64,000 nucleotides of DNA, from contig MU057416.1 of the NCBI GenBank assembly GCA_013265495.1, positions 1,544,545-1,608,544 on the forward strand, read 5' to 3'. Source of the stretch: Vicugna vicugna (Eukaryota). The notes below the pieces were generated by a model. That model had not been told where the DNA came from, searched no databases, and saw only the letters and a list, made by a program, of their open reading frames with translations. Below, piece after piece: positions 63,120 to 64,000 of this stretch. The first letter of the stretch is position 1, and each line of letters starts with the position of its first letter. The position numbers and the translations under genes were made by a program.

Positions 63120-63270
63120 CTGCTGTGTGACCTTGCACAGAGGCCCCAACTTCTCCCCTGTGAAATGGGTTAATAATACTGCATCTCACAGTGTTGTGGC
63201 ATTAGATGAGTTAAGTATAAATGCTGAAATCATCACATGGCACGTAACAGTGTTAGCTGTTACTATTCTG
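63120..63270 (+). mobile_element. MIR SINE
   Basis: tgctgtgtgaccttgcac...cctgtgaaatgggttaataatactgcatctcacagtgttgtggcattagatgagttaa...tggcacgtaacagtgttagctgttactatt. Confidence 0.75.
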
Positions 63271-64000
63271 ACCTCAGTGCTTTAGGTAAGAAATTAAATC
63301 TGTGTATTTAGAGTCATAAATCACTCCACGTTGATTGGTTGTGGCCAAAAGTTTATTTTGCACTGTTGTGTATGTACTTTGCTATACGTAATTTTTCAGT
63401 TTCCTTATACCTCACATTGTAAAGTTAAAGGGCAAAAAAATCGTGCTAAAATTTGAAGGTTCTTAGTTTGAAAGCGGACGGATAGCATATGGGAATAAGT
63501 GTAGGCACAGTAGTGGAATTTTTTAAAATCTGTTTTTGAATTTAGGAAATGAAGTAATCAGTGAAGAGGACTTTGTTCTGAAAATGTATTACTAATTAAA
63601 CTAAGTGCTTGCAACCCAAACTTTTGAAGCAAACTATAGATTTTGTATGTATGTTTTTACATGTTACAACAGAGTCATTTCTAAGTAAGTTTTCCTGTTA
63701 TCCATTCCTTTTCCCTTTCTGTTTCATATATATATGTTCAAGGCGTGTGTGTACGCATGCTATGTGTATGTGTACATGTGTGTACATACACGTGTGCATG
63801 AGTACTTACATACGTGTCTCAAACGTTGTTGAAGTAAGGTGCTGATTTTCTGTTCAGTACTGTGTTGTGCGTATTTCCCCTACTGTTAAGTAGTTTAAGG
63901 TAGCATACATTGCTCATTGTGGTTGTAACATTGCTTCCTTTCTTACGTATGGTACTGTAATGGTCCGTTTCATTCATATAGCTCTTTTTTCTCTCTTAAA

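Larger units (their letters stand above)
42706..64000 (+). other. CAMSAP2: CAMSAP2 intron 2 (partial, runs past the window end)
   Basis: Starts GTGAGT. No ORF matching the expected next exon (SAHLAMID-like, from memory) was seen downstream. Confidence 0.8.

Noticed and set aside
1..64000. CRISPR arrays, operons or other prokaryote-type novel systems
   Set aside because: The sequence is clearly mammalian, with spliced exons and SINE/LINE content; no repeat-spacer array or foreign gene cassette was seen.

Overview
Mammalian genomic DNA, almost certainly camelid (Camelus/Vicugna/Lama), judged from tRNA-Ala-derived Vic-1-like SINEs and cetartiodactyl-type L1 3' ends. The window holds about 24 kb of repeat-rich intergenic DNA, a large CpG-island promoter (~24.2-26.2 kb) and the first two coding exons of CAMSAP2 on the + strand (25886-26024 and 42446-42705; 133 codons, canonical GT-AG junctions). 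The rest is intron 2; I could not find exon 3. The remainder is L1, MIR, MaLR/ERVL LTRs, MER2/MER20 and microsatellites. Repeat names are recalled by eye and their boundaries are approximate. I found no convincing previously undescribed biological system. The best leads are a three-uORF leader including an ATG-TGA start-stop element, strong GC-biased evolution of CAMSAP2 with Arg/Ala/Val substitutions, a candidate 12-nt microexon or recursive splice site in intron 1, a candidate L1 3' transduction, and an LTR-like CCAAT/octamer/TATA cassette.
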